Below are positions 62,268 through 64,000 of a stretch of 64,000 nt of DNA, in pieces. The notes beneath the pieces are model-generated. The model did no database searches. It was not told the DNA's origin and saw nothing but the letters and a program-made list of their open reading frames with translations. Numbering within the stretch: position 1 is the stretch's first letter; every line of letters starts with the position of its first letter. The stretch comes from Antedon mediterranea (taxonomy: Eukaryota > Animalia > Echinodermata): assembly GCF_964355755.1 (NCBI RefSeq), contig NC_092674.1, positions 15,004,001 to 15,068,000 on the forward strand, read 5' to 3'. Position numbers and translations under genes: made by a program.

Positions 62268-64000
62268 TTAGATAAACTGTTTGGATCTGCAATTTAGTAA
62301 GAATTTTTTCCTATGTCTACAAGTAGAGACTAACTCGTTCTTACGGTTCAGTGAGCATAGCTCTGGTTGACATATAATAACATACTTTTCATATATACAT
62401 AAATTACATCTTTTGTTAATATTTGAGTAAGGTTTGCATTTCTTTACAATTTTCCATTTAATTGAGTAATTTGTTTTAGAGTCTTTAAGTGTCCATATAT
62501 ATTTACTGAGTTCCGTTGCACTTCTTAGTTTTTCGTTCCGGAATGAAGACGTATGGTTTCTGTATCTATAGTTTTAAACTGGTTTTCAGTTAGTCCGACA
62601 TATGTTTCTTCTTTTGATGAATCTTCTCTCTTTACTGTAGCTTGGTAAACTACACCTTTTGTTAGGCAGTTACCTGGGAGCGGGCATTCATTGGGATTGC
62701 GGCAGTTACATCCGCTTGTTTTCGCGTTGGTTTCAGTAGACTTTTCTTTGGCTATCACATATTTGTTGTGTGCGTTAATTACTTTGTCTACGCTGGGCAT
62801 GCAACTATAGCTTAGTTTCAAGGTATTTTTGTTAAATATTTTTCTGAGCTTGTTGCCGGCAGGAAAACAATCTTCTACTATAGCTAAAAACTTGTGGCCG
62901 ATGTTGGTTGCTACGTTTTTGCTGAATGGTGGGTTAAACCAAATTATGTTTCTGGTACGTGATTTTTTGGGCTTCTGCTGTTCAGCATTGAACTAAAGTT
63001 GATGATTGTATCCACTTTTTTTGAGGGCTTCCTGGTATAGGGGTGCAGATGCATGAAATGTATCTTTGTCTGATGAGATGTCAGAAAGGCGTCTATTTAT
63101 AGCAAGTGGGATGTTTCGGATAATAGATGGAGGATGGTTGCTGTCATGGTGCACGTAGGTTGGTTTGTTGTTAGGCTTAGTGAAAGGTCGGAAGATCCCT
63201 GTCCTTAGGTCGAACGTTACATCCAAATAATTGACTATTTTCTTGTTAGCTTCAATTGTTAGCTTGAGGTTGTTCTCCTGGAAAATCTTACAAATATCTT
63301 TCTTGATTAGCTCAATCGTTTTGGCTGATTCGCGAAACGCGGCTAGGCCATCGTCGCGGTATAGACCAATTTGGTTGCCATATTTGTTAGACAGTTGCGA
63401 CAAAAGATATGTACCTACGATTTCACAGATTTCAGCACCATCAAAGCTTCCCATTGTGACGTCAAACACAGGTTGGTTTTCAGTTCCTTTTTTGCACCAT
63501 GTAGCGTTATCATGGAAAAGGAGTGACTTTTTCGCTTGGATAATAATATTTGTTTCTTCATCGGAGATTGCTTCAAACTCGGAGGCGAATTCAAGGGCTT
63601 TTTTAAGTAGGTCACTGGTTATTGACGGGTAGAAATCAACTATGTCGAAGCAAATAAACGAGTGCTTATCCTTGTTTTGAATGTTCTTATACCATTCGAT
63701 AACAGAATTAGTGTTCTTCCATTGATTTAATCCTGTAGACGCTATTATTTTCTTATTTATTCTTTCAAGGATTTGTTTACTTACGATGCCAATTTCTGAT
63801 TTCGATGGGTTGATCAATCTACATGTCGGGTTGTTCTCGAAGTTGGGTTTGTGGTCTTTCAGTGTTATAAAAGCTTCCTTCTCGGCTAAACGCTCGATTC
63901 TGCTTTCCAATTTTAGTTTTGCGGCGGTTTCATATTCATCTCTGGCTAATTTAGAAGTTGTGCTTTTGTTCGTCTTCTTATAAGATTTTGTAACATTGTT
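62268..64000 (-). pseudogene. Penelope-like (Naiad-type) RT + GIY-YIG endonuclease, runs off the window end
   Basis: [82 protein letters not shown]; one TAG at 62993 and a +2 frameshift at ~62568. Confidence 0.9.

Noticed and set aside
62190-62995. Selenoprotein/SECIS in the Naiad-like element
   Set aside because: No in-frame TGA in the visible ORF (the premature stop is TAG), and the 3'UTR AUGA..AA..GA candidate lacks a proper helix II
12869-63983. Short antisense or overlapping ORFs in the track
   Set aside because: They are shadows of TE coding regions or AT-rich noise with no independent motifs

Overview
AT-rich animal genomic DNA, probably a marine invertebrate (echinoderm-like is only an inference). 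No intact host gene is recognisable and the window is almost entirely nested transposable elements. Main contents: a full-length 12.4-kb Academ element (TIRs, 4-bp TSD, ~1,700-codon ORF with only two lesions) inserted into a Sola2-like element; a hAT-like element with a 7-bp TSD (hATw-type) nested in a MITE; a second decayed Sola2-like gene; two truncated Academ copies; non-autonomous Helitrons; a family of Helentron-type (HINE/DINE-1-like) elements; two 9-bp-TSD Mutator-like foldback elements; an internally deleted LTR element with a tRNA-Leu PBS; CR1/L2/L1 fragments; a 5S-rRNA-derived SINE; and a Naiad-like Penelope element with a hammerhead ribozyme. The most striking unexplained signal is the heavy excess of TAGGCCTA/TAGGCTA/TAGCCTA. 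Paralog comparisons inside the window show that it arises as TA->TA-GGCC-TA micro-insertions, most simply read as excision footprints of an unidentified TA-targeting transposon. These cluster next to putative promoters. Several repair-type rearrangements are also visible. All alignments were done by eye and superfamily names are from recalled motifs, not database searches.
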